Below, one piece after another: positions 1 through 9,170 of a DNA stretch of 64,000 bases. Source of the DNA: Chloroflexota bacterium. Lineage in GTDB: Bacteria; Chloroflexota; UBA11872; VXOZ01. Position numbers and translations under genes: made by a program. Below the pieces are notes generated by a model. The model had not been told where the DNA came from. It saw nothing but the letters and a program-made list of their open reading frames with translations, and ran no database searches. The stretch's first letter is position 1; every line of letters starts with the position of its first letter. The stretch spans positions 1,728,001-1,792,000 of the forward strand of contig OZ244922.1 in NCBI GenBank assembly GCA_965221905.1, read 5' to 3'.

Positions 1-2
1 CG

Positions 3-2720
3 GGTGAAAGAGAAATTGTTGAACTCCAGCAAATACTCGAGAAGAGCATCCTGCCGAAGATTTCCGGCCTGGACGGTATCTCAAGTCTTGACATAAGCGG
101 AGACGTACAACAGCGCATCCTGATCACCGTTGACCCGGATCGTCTGTTAGAACGAGGTATCTCGCTCTTCCAAGTCTCGCAAGCGCTGCGGGAGAACAAC
201 GTCACGTTCCCCGGCGGGGCGATCACGCGTAACGGCCAGGTTATACCGGTAAAAACAACCAACACTTTTGGTTCTGTAGAGGAGCTTGAAGAGTTGGTAG
301 TTGGGTTTCCACGCGCCGCTGGTGGGCCGTCCTCACAGTCTGCCGCGCCGCAGCCAATTAGATTGGCTGACGTCGCGGAGGTTCAACTTGGTTCGGGTGT
401 TGCCCGCAGCATTTCACGTACAAACGGCAAACCCAGTATCAGCTTGTCCGTATTCAAAGATCCGGATGCAAACACTCTAGACGTCACGAACGCTGTAAAA
501 GATGCATTGGATGGCGTGGAGGACTTGCCGCCGGACGTAGAGGCAGTCATCGTCTACGACGACGGCCCCCAAATCCAAGGACAGATAGATACGCTGGAGC
601 AGGAGGCGCTCATGGGTCTCTCTCTGGCTGTCATCGTGGTCTTCGCCTTTTTCTTGACCCTACGCCCCAACGCACTCAAGGGCATGTTTCGGACTCTCCG
701 GCCAACCTTGGTGATTGGGCTCTCTATTCCGCTCAGTATTTTCGCCGGTGTGCTCCTGATGAATTGGCAGGGGTTATCGCTGAATTTCATGACGTTAGGT
801 GGCCTGGCCATATCGGTGGGTAGAGTGGTGGATGACAGCATCGTGGTACTGGAGAACATCTATCGCAACATCGATGGAGGCAAGGAACGCTGGCGGGCGG
901 CTTTGGATGCGACCGTTGAAGTGGGCCCGGCCATCACTGCCTCCACTTTGGCAACGATAGTGGTCTTCGCGCCTCTGGCGTTCATTCAGGGGCTCGTGGG
1001 TGCGTTCTTCCTCCCGTTTGCGCTTGCAGTTAGCTTCGCATTGATTGGCTCGCTTCTGGTGGCATTGACCGCGGTACCCGTGTTGGGCGCATACCTGCTG
1101 CGGCCGGGTGATCTCCCTGAGGGCACCGGCGAGGAAGAGGACATTCCGGAGACGAACACGTGGATGCAGCGCATCTACGTGCCCATGCTGCGCTGGTCGT
1201 TGAATCACAAGACGCTCACCTTGCTGGCTGCCATCCTCATCGCCGTGGGGAGTCTGGGGCTGCTGCGCTTCATTCCCGTCAATCTCTTCTCCTCCGGCGG
1301 CACAGAATTCGTCACGATCAACATGACGCTCCCGCCGGGTACACCTGCCGAGGTCACCTTGGCAGAGGTCGTCGAAATAGAGGATCAGATTGAGGAATTC
1401 TCAGAAATCTACGACACCACCGTAGGGGCGACAAGTCAATCTGGCGGGCAGAGCTTTGCGAGTGGCCTCAACCAGTCCACCACCTTCATTAGACTTAAGG
1501 AGGACGCGCCTGAGGATGTAATGGCGCAACTGCGTAAGAACATTCCAAGCTCCAGCGACCGACGCATTACTATTCAAGACATTGGCGGCGGGCCTCCGGC
1601 GGCCGGATTGGATATTAGTATCACCGGCAACAACTACGGTGACATAGCGCTCATTGCTCAATTGCTTGCGAGCGAACTTGAAACCATCGACGGCGTGGAG
1701 GATGTCACGAGTAACGTGAGCGAGGCAAGGGATGAGTTGATCGTCAACGTCGACCCGGAGCGCGCTGCGGCGATTGGGCTTAGCACACAGTCTGTCGCGT
1801 TCCAAATCAACCAATTCCTCGTAGGCCAGAAAGTTACCCAGATAGATCTGGACGGCGCCCCCGTCGACGTGTTCCTGAGCGGGCCTGCGGGCAGGATCAA
1901 CAGCGTTGAAACCATTGGCTCGCTGATAATTGCCGGCCCCTTTGGAGTAGCTCCTCTCAGCGACTTAGCGTCCGTGCAGATCGAGGCAGGACCCGTGGCG
2001 ATTAGCCGTACAGACCGTCTGCGCTCTGCCAGTGTCAGCGGTGACATAACCGTGGATGACACACAGGCGATTGGGCTCCTGATCCAGGAAAAGATCGATG
2101 CCCTCGATCTGCCTCCAGGCGTGACCGTGACGAATGCAGGGGTCTTTTCGCAAATCACGGAAGGATTCGAGGATATATTCCTTGCCATGGGAGTTGGCAT
2201 CATCTTGGTGTACCTCGTGATGGTCGGTAGCCTCGGATCGCTGAGAAATCCGTTCGTGATTGTGACCAGTCTGCCGCTCGCGCTGATCGGCGCTTTGGCG
2301 GCATTGGCAATTACGGGACGCTCGCTCGGCCTGCCGGGGATGATGGGAATCCTGCTGCTGATCGGTATCGTCGTTACAAATGCAGTTGTGCTCGTGTCCT
2401 TCGTCGAGCAGCTCCGGGAGCGCGGCTTAAGCGTTCACGAAGCGCTCCTGCAGGGCGGGCGCACTCGGCTGCGGCCCATATTGATGACCGCCATCACTAC
2501 CAGCTTTGCGCTACTTCCCCTCGCGGCGTTTTCCGAGGAGTCAGGCGGCATCCTGGGCGCGGAGCTTGCCACCGTGGTGATCGGCGGCTTGATGAGCTCG
2601 ACGTTTCTGACCTTGCTCGTGGTGCCGGTGGTCTATACTTTGGCCAACCGAAGCATTCCCGGTTCGTTCCGGCGGATGTTTGGACGGAGGTCCCCAATTG
2701 AGCGGGTGGAAATTATCTGA
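3..2720 (+). CDS. RND efflux transporter permease, AcrB/AcrD/AcrF family (5' partial)
   Basis: Frame is open from position 3 into the 808-aa ORF. RND motifs GRVVDDSIVVLENI, GIVVTNAVVLV and GRTRLRPILMTAITT; two TM bundles. Confidence 0.93.
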   Translation, partial: GEREIVELQQILEKSILPKISGLDGISSLDISGDVQQRILITVDPDRLLERGISLFQVSQALRENNVTFPGGAITRNGQVIPVKTTNTFGSVEELEELVVGFPRAAGGPSSQSAAPQPIRLADVAEVQLGSGVARSISRTNGKPSISLSVFKDPDANTLDVTNAVKDALDGVEDLPPDVEAVIVYDDGPQIQGQIDTLEQEALMGLSLAVIVVFAFFLTLRPNALKGMFRTLRPTLVIGLSIPLSIFAGVLLMNWQGLSLNFMTLGGLAISVGRVVDDSIVVLENIYRNIDGGKERWRAALDATVEVGPAITASTLATIVVFAPLAFIQGLVGAFFLPFALAVSFALIGSLLVALTAVPVLGAYLLRPGDLPEGTGEEEDIPETNTWMQRIYVPMLRWSLNHKTLTLLAAILIAVGSLGLLRFIPVNLFSSGGTEFVTINMTLPPGTPAEVTLAEVVEIEDQIEEFSEIYDTTVGATSQSGGQSFASGLNQSTTFIRLKEDAPEDVMAQLRKNIPSSSDRRITIQDIGGGPPAAGLDISITGNNYGDIALIAQLLASELETIDGVEDVTSNVSEARDELIVNVDPERAAAIGLSTQSVAFQINQFLVGQKVTQIDLDGAPVDVFLSGPAGRINSVETIGSLIIAGPFGVAPLSDLASVQIEAGPVAISRTDRLRSASVSGDITVDDTQAIGLLIQEKIDALDLPPGVTVTNAGVFSQITEGFEDIFLAMGVGIILVYLVMVGSLGSLRNPFVIVTSLPLALIGALAALAITGRSLGLPGMMGILLLIGIVVTNAVVLVSFVEQLRERGLSVHEALLQGGRTRLRPILMTAITTSFALLPLAAFSEESGGILGAELATVVIGGLMSSTFLTLLVVPVVYTLANRSIPGSFRRMFGRRSPIERVEII

Positions 2721-3037
2721 TCGGTGTGTAATCACACTCCGAAGTAAGACTCTAGTAAGCCCGCTTTAGGTCCTCTCTAAGAGCAGTGAACACACATCAA
2801 GGCGTCATTGTGCCGAGAGATTGTGGCAAGACGCTCATGTTCTCGTGCTTTGGATTTGTGTAGCAGCATGCCTTCGCGGGCGAGCCCGACAGTTTGCATG
2901 TTCTGGATTGGGCGCTGGAGGTGAGCCAGTGAAACAGCATTGGGGGTGTCGCCATATCGGACCGGCATCTACTTGAGCCGCAATGCTAGCGCAGTCGCGG
3001 TACGTTTGAGCTATCTTGCATTGAGCACACAAGAGAA

Positions 3038-3069
3038 GAAGAACCTGAAACAAGCGCTTCAGGTTCTTC
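3038..3069 (-). terminator. Probable intrinsic terminator between convergent RND and mazF genes
   Basis: Perfect 12-bp stem GAAGAACCTGAA/TTCAGGTTCTTC with an 8-nt loop, followed by a pyrimidine-rich tract on the minus strand. Confidence 0.5.
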
Positions 3070-3198
3070 ACTTTGTCGGCGGGGACGCGAAGTCTCAGTG
3101 GTTTCGGATCTAGCCCGGTGCTCTTGGCGCAGCGGACAGGGGACCTGCGGACCCTTGCAGGTCTTTACCACAGATGTGTGGCGAGCTCTCGGATGACG

Positions 3199-3540
3199 CT
3201 ACTCTAACAGAGCTCTAACCTTGCCCAGCACTGCGTCAACCACCCGTGGCGTGGCTTGACACGCGAATCTCGCACGGCGTGCCCGCCAGTCCAAGCTCTT
3301 GATCTGGTCTGACAAGACGACACCGGTAACGGTGCTCTGGGTGGGTAAGTCCACCTCAAATGGATACCCCTTCACCCGCGACGTGATGGGACAGAACAGG
3401 GCTAGGTTTGTTTTTTCATTGTATAGTTTGGGGCTTACGACCAAAGCAGGTCGATGTCCAGCCTGTTCATGCCCTGCTTGAGGAGTAAAGCTGAGCCACA
3501 CGATGTCACCTCTGCTGGGAATATACTCTTTCTCTACCAT
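3199..3540 (-). CDS. mazF: MazF/PemK endoribonuclease toxin (type II TA)
   Basis: YIPSRGDIVWLSFTPQAGHEQAGHRPALVVSP...CPITSRVKGYPFEV...DQIKSLDWRAR matches E. coli-type MazF; overlaps the antitoxin gene. Confidence 0.95.
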   Translation of the reverse strand: MVEKEYIPSRGDIVWLSFTPQAGHEQAGHRPALVVSPKLYNEKTNLALFCPITSRVKGYPFEVDLPTQSTVTGVVLSDQIKSLDWRARRARFACQATPRVVDAVLGKVRALLE

Positions 3541-3773
3541 TCTTCATTGCCCTGCGCCGCGCCGGTGTCTTGCTCGCCATGGAGATTTTCTGCAGTAATC
3601 TGGGCAAGCATTTCGGCAAGGTCATAGGTCTGCTTTTGAAGAATGACGTGATCGCCGTCCGCTGTGATCTCCACTGCTGATCCCTCTCTAACGCCCCATT
3701 GCTGCGCGATTGCGCGAGGGATGCGGATAGCTAGACTTGTGCCCCACTTTGAAATGTGCGAGCGAACTCCCAT
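3534..3773 (-). CDS. mazE: MazE/AbrB-family antitoxin
   Basis: SKWGTSLAIRIP AbrB motif and C-terminal L..I..ENLHGE..G...GNEEW. ATG at 3773 follows GAGGAGG. Confidence 0.93.
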   Translation of the reverse strand: MGVRSHISKWGTSLAIRIPRAIAQQWGVREGSAVEITADGDHVILQKQTYDLAEMLAQITAENLHGEQDTGAAQGNEEW

Positions 3774-3794
3774 GAGAATGCCTCCTCTCAACAT

Positions 3795-3829
3795 ATAGCT
3801 ATTATATATCTTTGGTTTGAATTATTCAA
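3795..3829 (-). promoter_or_regulatory. sigma70 promoter and palindromic operator of mazEF
   Basis: On the minus strand, TTGAAT (3829-3824), a 17-bp spacer, then TATAAT (3806-3801). The -10 overlaps the palindrome ATAGCTAT (3795-3802), as expected for TA autorepression. Confidence 0.65.
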
Positions 3830-3976
3830 TCGTCTTGCTAGAGATTGAAGACAGTCCTGTCCAAGAGGCGCGCCCCTTCCGGATTGAATTCGTCGCGTAT
3901 TCAAAGTTCTTTGACAATCCTCCATTACGCTCGAATCAGAGGCGGACTGAATCGCACGAAGTATTGGAGGTAAAGA

Positions 3977-4489
3977 ATGAGAAAGAGGATTTGGCTCATT
4001 GGACTGGTCGCGGTCATCGCGGCGGCGATTGGGCTTGGCAGCATGACCGCGTTCGCCCAAGAGAAGGAAGAAGGGTCATCCAGAACCGGGCTGATCGCGC
4101 GAGTCGCCACGATCCTGGGACTAGAGGAGCAGCAAGTACAGGATGCCTTCGACGAGGCGCGGCGAGAGATGATGGATGAGATGCTGGATCAGAGGCTTGC
4201 CGCTCTGGTTGAGAGTGGACGCATCACTCAGGATCAGGCTGACGAGCTTCGTGAATGGTATGCTGATCGGCCGGATGGGGTCTGGGCTGGCGGTAGTTTT
4301 GGCCGTGGCAAAGACGCCAGATACGACCGAGGACATGGCTTTGGCGGCCGTGGGCATTTCTCTTTTGGCCGTGGACATTTCTCTAACAAAGGGAATCGTC
4401 TTGATAAAGGCGAAACTGTCCCGGCAACACCCGCGACTGCTCCAGCCGCAACGCCTACGGCACCGGCAGACTCTTCCAATAGCAACTAG
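3977..4489 (+). CDS. Secreted helical protein with Gly/Arg/His-rich and Pro/Ala/Thr tail, upstream of a two-component system
   Basis: GGAGG RBS; signal peptide ending AFA-Q; VATILGLEEQQVQDAF...LVESGRITQDQADE core; tandem GRGHFS repeat (4346-4384). Confidence 0.8.
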   Translation: MRKRIWLIGLVAVIAAAIGLGSMTAFAQEKEEGSSRTGLIARVATILGLEEQQVQDAFDEARREMMDEMLDQRLAALVESGRITQDQADELREWYADRPDGVWAGGSFGRGKDARYDRGHGFGGRGHFSFGRGHFSNKGNRLDKGETVPATPATAPAATPTAPADSSNSN

Positions 4490-4553
4490 ATTGGCGGTCT
4501 AAGGCACCGTTTCCCCGCCTCGGAGGCGCTTTAGGCCCATTTTCCTAAGCCAA

Positions 4554-4592
4554 GCCCCTGGCGAGCACCGTGAATGCGCTCTCGCCAGGGGC
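4554..4592. repeat. 12-bp inverted repeat (possible terminator)
   Basis: GCCCCTGGCGAG ... CTCGCCAGGGGC. Confidence 0.45.
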
Positions 4593-4862
4593 CTTGCTCT
4601 GTGGAACTACATTCATAATTTCTTCAAAGTTATTGCTATTCTTTAAGTTAGGGGTTGCAGTGAGTAATCCAACGTGCTCTAGCGATCTCCACCACCTTAG
4701 AGAGGGGCACCTGGCTTCAAAGCAAGGAATGCCGCCAATGGAGCGCGGTGTGACTCTTGACAGGGACGCGGTTTGTCTGTCCCTCAATCTCACCGGAAGA
4801 CAGTGAGCGCCGACGCTGGGTTGCGGATAGGCAATTAGGCTAGATTCTGGAGAACATAATCT

Positions 4863-5549
4863 ATGGCAAATACAGTACTAATAGTGGAAGACGATCCGGA
4901 CACCGCAAAGCTCGTTAGTCTCTACCTACAACGCGACGGGCACAAGGTACTGTGCGCGCGTGACGGCATGGAAGGCTTGCGTCTTGCGAGAGACGCCCGG
5001 CCCGATCTTGTAGTCTTGGACCTCATGCTCCCAAAGCTAAACGGTATTGGGGTTTGCCGTACGCTGCGGCAGGAATCAACGGTGCCAATTGTCATGGTGA
5101 CGGCGCGAGTCGAGGAAGAAGACCGGCTCAAAGGGCTCGACTTGGGGGCCGACGACTACGTCACCAAGCCGTTTAGTCCCCGCGAGCTTGCGGCACGCAT
5201 AAGAGCCGTGCTTCGCCGCACCGCCAAAGTCGATCTGGAGCCCGGCCCGGTGGAGGTCGCGCACAGCGGTGTCACCGTGGACTTGCATCGCCGGACGGTC
5301 TGCGTGGACGACCGGAAAGCCGTCCTCACGCCGACTGAGTTTGGCATTCTTGTGATGCTCATCAAGGAGCCGGAGCGGACGTTTTCGCGCGAACAAATTA
5401 TAGACCGCGTGCTTGGGTTCGACTTTCAGGGCTTCGACCGGACGGTAGATGCCCACATTGCGAACATCAGACGGAAGATCAGGCCGCTGGACGGCCCGGA
5501 CCACATTCAAACCGTATACGGCGTGGGCTATAGATTTAGCAATGACTAG
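4863..5549 (+). CDS. OmpR/PhoB-family response regulator
   Basis: Receiver motifs VEDD, LDLMLP and GADDYVTKPF; winged helix RTVDAHIANIRRK...TVYGVGYRF. Confidence 0.95.
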   Translation: MANTVLIVEDDPDTAKLVSLYLQRDGHKVLCARDGMEGLRLARDARPDLVVLDLMLPKLNGIGVCRTLRQESTVPIVMVTARVEEEDRLKGLDLGADDYVTKPFSPRELAARIRAVLRRTAKVDLEPGPVEVAHSGVTVDLHRRTVCVDDRKAVLTPTEFGILVMLIKEPERTFSREQIIDRVLGFDFQGFDRTVDAHIANIRRKIRPLDGPDHIQTVYGVGYRFSND

Positions 5550-6966
5550 GTGGTTCTTCAGCCTGCAATTTCGGCTCATCCTCGGTTTCGCCGTAGTGCT
5601 CATGTTGGCGCTGGCGGCGGTCGGCATTTACAGTAATCTCGCGGCACAGCGCGAAGTGCGCAAGCTGCGAGCCGCCGCGGACGAGGTCTTGATTGTCAGA
5701 GTTCAAGAAGCGTTCACAGAATTCTATGCGGATACGGGGAGTTGGAGCGGAGTTGCAAATACTGTCGAAAGGGTAAGTTACCTGATCGGACGCGAAATTG
5801 CGATCTTGGACGGGGAGGGTAGTGTTCTCGTCGCAACGAGGCTGACGAGCGAAAGCAAGCGCCCTCCGCACGAACAAGAATACACGTCATCGAGCATAGT
5901 TGTTGGCGGCGATCACGTTGGCTCAGTCTTGATCGGCCCAGCAGCTTCGCGACGGACGTTTAGGCCGTACCGTGGAAGTGACCGCCCCCCTGGTCCGCCG
6001 GAGGCCCTGCGAGAAATCCAGGAACCGTCGCTGCGACGATTTACCGATACTACCTTTCAGTCTCTCCTACTATCGGGTCTCGGCGCGGGAGTGGGGGGTA
6101 TTCTGCTTGTCTCGCTGCTTTCCCGTAGGCTGCTTACGTCGGTGCGCAGGCTGACGGCCGCGGCACAGAAACTCGGGCAGGGCGACCTCTCACAGCGAGT
6201 GACTGTGTCCGGGCGCGACGAAATTGGCGAGTTGACGAGCACCTTCAATGCCATGGCAGAAGGACTTGAAAACGCCGAACGGCAGCGACGCAACATGGTT
6301 GCGGATGTTGCCCACGAACTCCGGACTCCCTTGTCCAACATACGCGGCTACGTTGAGGCGGTCCGTGACGGTGTGTTGGAAGCCGATGCGGAGACAATCG
6401 AGAGCATTCATCGACAGACGATGTATCTCTCTAAACTGGTGGAAGACCTCCGCCTGCTGGCAGAAACCGAAGCCGCCGACTTCCAACTCGACCTCGAGCC
6501 GGGGCTGCTGGAGGAGGTAGTTTCCCGGTCGGTGGAAGCGTTTCGCCCGCAGGCACAATCTAAGGGGATTGAACTTGCCTTTAGCGCCGGTGCTGATATG
6601 GCAGAGCTTTCCGGCCGCCTTGTAAGCATTGACCGCACGCGCATAGAGCAGGTTATGAACAATCTGCTGCAGAACGCTGTTGAGCACACAACTGAGGGCG
6701 GTCGTATCGACGTTTCCGTCGCTGAGTTCGATGAGACGGTGTCGGTTACGGTTGCCGATACAGGGGAAGGCATTCCAAGCGAGCACCTCCCCCACGTCTT
6801 CGATAGGCTCTATCGCGTTGATCCTTCACGTACCCGCAGCACCGGCGGGGCAGGGCTCGGGCTGACCATCGCCAAGCAGTTGATCGAGGCACACGGCGGT
6901 ACCATCCGTGTGGAGAGCACTGAAGGCGAAGGCAGCCGGTTCATTCTCACTCTGCCGCTGGCCTAA
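5542..6966 (+). CDS. HAMP-domain sensor histidine kinase (BaeS-like)
   Basis: Two TM segments, HAMP, H-box DVAHELRTPL, N-box NLLQNA, G-boxes DTGEGI and GAGLGL. ATG 5542 overlaps the regulator stop. Confidence 0.93.
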   Translation: MTRWFFSLQFRLILGFAVVLMLALAAVGIYSNLAAQREVRKLRAAADEVLIVRVQEAFTEFYADTGSWSGVANTVERVSYLIGREIAILDGEGSVLVATRLTSESKRPPHEQEYTSSSIVVGGDHVGSVLIGPAASRRTFRPYRGSDRPPGPPEALREIQEPSLRRFTDTTFQSLLLSGLGAGVGGILLVSLLSRRLLTSVRRLTAAAQKLGQGDLSQRVTVSGRDEIGELTSTFNAMAEGLENAERQRRNMVADVAHELRTPLSNIRGYVEAVRDGVLEADAETIESIHRQTMYLSKLVEDLRLLAETEAADFQLDLEPGLLEEVVSRSVEAFRPQAQSKGIELAFSAGADMAELSGRLVSIDRTRIEQVMNNLLQNAVEHTTEGGRIDVSVAEFDETVSVTVADTGEGIPSEHLPHVFDRLYRVDPSRTRSTGGAGLGLTIAKQLIEAHGGTIRVESTEGEGSRFILTLPLA

Positions 6967-7016
6967 AGGAACTTCCGCAGACCTCATGGCATCTATTGCT
7001 TCCGCCGGTTGAGCCT

Positions 7017-7105
7017 TTCGCGCTAAGCCCCAATTCCATTTACGCCATGCTCCAATCCCATTCGCGCTGAGCCCCATCTCCGTTCGCGCTGAGCCTGTCG
7101 AAGCG
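7017..7105. repeat. Degenerate REP-like cluster (TTCGCGCTGAGCC x3, last copy extends CTGTCGAAGCG)
   Basis: Copies at 7017-7029, 7061-7073 and 7083-7095. Confidence 0.6.
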
Positions 7106-7368
7106 GAAACGGCCCGTCCTTCCTGTTGCCACCTAAACCTATATCAATGACTCGGTCGAGCGGTCGTAACTGCGCGGCTGCATCGCCGAAATTGCTAAAG
7201 CATAGGGCGTATGAGCCTACAGCCCGCACTTTCAGATGCACTCTCGTAAGCCTGCGCAGGACACAGCAATGCGCGCCGGACACCGCTTTCGGGATTAGTA
7301 GATTTTGACTTGGGCTGTGCAGATATGCGAAAAATCGCGTGCACCTACACCCAAAGCGTTCCTCATTC

Positions 7369-7445
7369 TGTCATTCTGAGGAGCGCAGCGACGAAGAATC
7401 TAGAGTGCGGGGATTTCTAGATTCCTCGCTGCGCTCGGAATGACA
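7369..7445. repeat. REP/REPIN-like palindromic element (GTCATTC...GAATGAC type)
   Basis: TGTCATTCTGAGGAGCGCAGCGACGAAGAATCTAGA ... TCTAGATTCCTCGCTGCGCTCGGAATGACA forms a long imperfect inverted repeat. Confidence 0.8.
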
Positions 7446-7590
7446 TGAAATGCAGTGCTGCAAAGTTATCAAGTCTAGGTCTACTAATTGCGACTGCTTT
7501 TTCTCTTGACTTCATCCCAAAGCCGTTACATACTCGAATATGGGGGTTTCTCCAATCTCGGAGAAATGTGTGCGAATAAGGAGGTCTCGC

Positions 7591-9063
7591 ATGACTGCGA
7601 CGAGACCGCGGACTTTGTCATGTCCGCCGACTACGGCAACGCCGCCGACTACGCCAGGACTGCCGCCGACTTCGGCCAGGAAATTCACTCGGCGAACGTG
7701 GCTCGGCTGCGTTCTGCTTGGCGCGCAGGCGGCCGCACTGGCAGCCTGTGGCGGCGATGACGAGGACGAAGCGGAGCAACCGCGCGCCGCGCCGGAGGCT
7801 CCGCAGGCTTCCGTGCCCAAGCTCGCGCGCGAACCGGTGACGCTGACACTCGGTGCTATGTTGGTCGAATTCGCGCCTGTTGTTGGCAAGGCCATTGAGC
7901 AGTGGAACAGGGGCGAATTACCCGGAGCATCCGAAAGCATCCAGCTAGAGCGTGTTACGATTGGCATTCCCCCGACGCGGGAGCCGTTGGCGTTTACCGA
8001 GCATCTGCAAGCTAAAGTGCAGGCATTCTTGATCGAGCGGGAGGCGGCCGGCATGCCGCTTGACTTGCTCATGGTCAACCGTCTCTTTGATTTCCCCTGG
8101 GCCTTCCGCAGCGGCATCCTCCAGCCGCTCGACCGGTATCTGCAGCAAGACCGCAACGAACCGCTAGCAAGGTTTTTGCCATTAGCATTGGAATTGGTGC
8201 GCTATCAGGGCCAGTCCATGGCGCTGCCCGTTGCCATGAACGTGGGTGTGTCGCGATACAACCCCAAGTTCTTCGACGATGCCGGCCTGTCTGTGCCGGA
8301 CAACGGCTGGAACCGTGAGCAATTCATCGCCGCCGCCCAGCGGCTCACGAAGGACACGGACAATGACGGTAAGGTGGATTCCTGGGGCTTTCGTCCTGAC
8401 GATTTATTCGTAAACTGGTTGCCTTTCGTCATGCAGGAGATGGACGGGGACGTGATCGATTTGAATACGGGGGAGGTGCGCCTCACGGACCCGGCGGCCC
8501 TGCGCGGTCTTCAGTTTTGGGATGAATTGGGGAGAGTACACGGCATTCTGCCCCATGGCCCGGAAGTGTCAGCGGACCCCGTTCGTGTGAGCTTTTGGCT
8601 TCGACACCCTGGTATCTTTTTCTATTACTTTCTCTCCCCTGGTAGCGTGAATTTGGGCAAACAAGCGCCGCTCCCCACCGGACCGCAAGACCTTACACCG
8701 TTGACATTGGGGGCGGCCCTAGCGATTCCTGCCACTGCGGGGGACGCTGCTCAATCGTACGAGGCGCTGGTGCCGCTGGCGCTCTACATTGGCGAGCATC
8801 TCCTGCTGCCGCCGGTGATTTCGGGACAAAAGTATATTGAGAAACCTGTCTCCGACTACATTCAACTCATGCTTCCTGAATACGACCGGCAGCTTGCGCT
8901 GCACCTGCTACAGACTGCCCGCCCATCGCATCTGGGCAGTAGCTCTGTGATGACGATCCAGCTCTTCGAGAAGCTGACGCTGCCGCTGGCGCGAGGGGAA
9001 GTGGGCTTAATGCAGGCCGCGCAGGAGGCGCAGAACTGGCTGCAATTCTACCTGAGTCAATGA
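7591..9063 (+). CDS. Extracellular solute-binding lipoprotein, family-1 (sugar-type) SBP, paralog 1
   Basis: ATG 7591 after AAGGAGG; TRRxxL Tat-like motif and lipobox LAAC; LQPLDRYL, YQGQSMALP, GWNREQF..AAQRLTKDTDNDGKVDSWG. Confidence 0.85.
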   Translation: MTATRPRTLSCPPTTATPPTTPGLPPTSARKFTRRTWLGCVLLGAQAAALAACGGDDEDEAEQPRAAPEAPQASVPKLAREPVTLTLGAMLVEFAPVVGKAIEQWNRGELPGASESIQLERVTIGIPPTREPLAFTEHLQAKVQAFLIEREAAGMPLDLLMVNRLFDFPWAFRSGILQPLDRYLQQDRNEPLARFLPLALELVRYQGQSMALPVAMNVGVSRYNPKFFDDAGLSVPDNGWNREQFIAAAQRLTKDTDNDGKVDSWGFRPDDLFVNWLPFVMQEMDGDVIDLNTGEVRLTDPAALRGLQFWDELGRVHGILPHGPEVSADPVRVSFWLRHPGIFFYYFLSPGSVNLGKQAPLPTGPQDLTPLTLGAALAIPATAGDAAQSYEALVPLALYIGEHLLLPPVISGQKYIEKPVSDYIQLMLPEYDRQLALHLLQTARPSHLGSSSVMTIQLFEKLTLPLARGEVGLMQAAQEAQNWLQFYLSQ

Positions 9064-9170
9064 TTCTTCATGCCACATGAACACGTTGAAAAACAGGCGG
9101 CATCAGGGCGCAAGGAGAGAAGGAATCACCGTAAGACGCAGTAACAGGCTCAACGAGGAGGGTACGTCAA

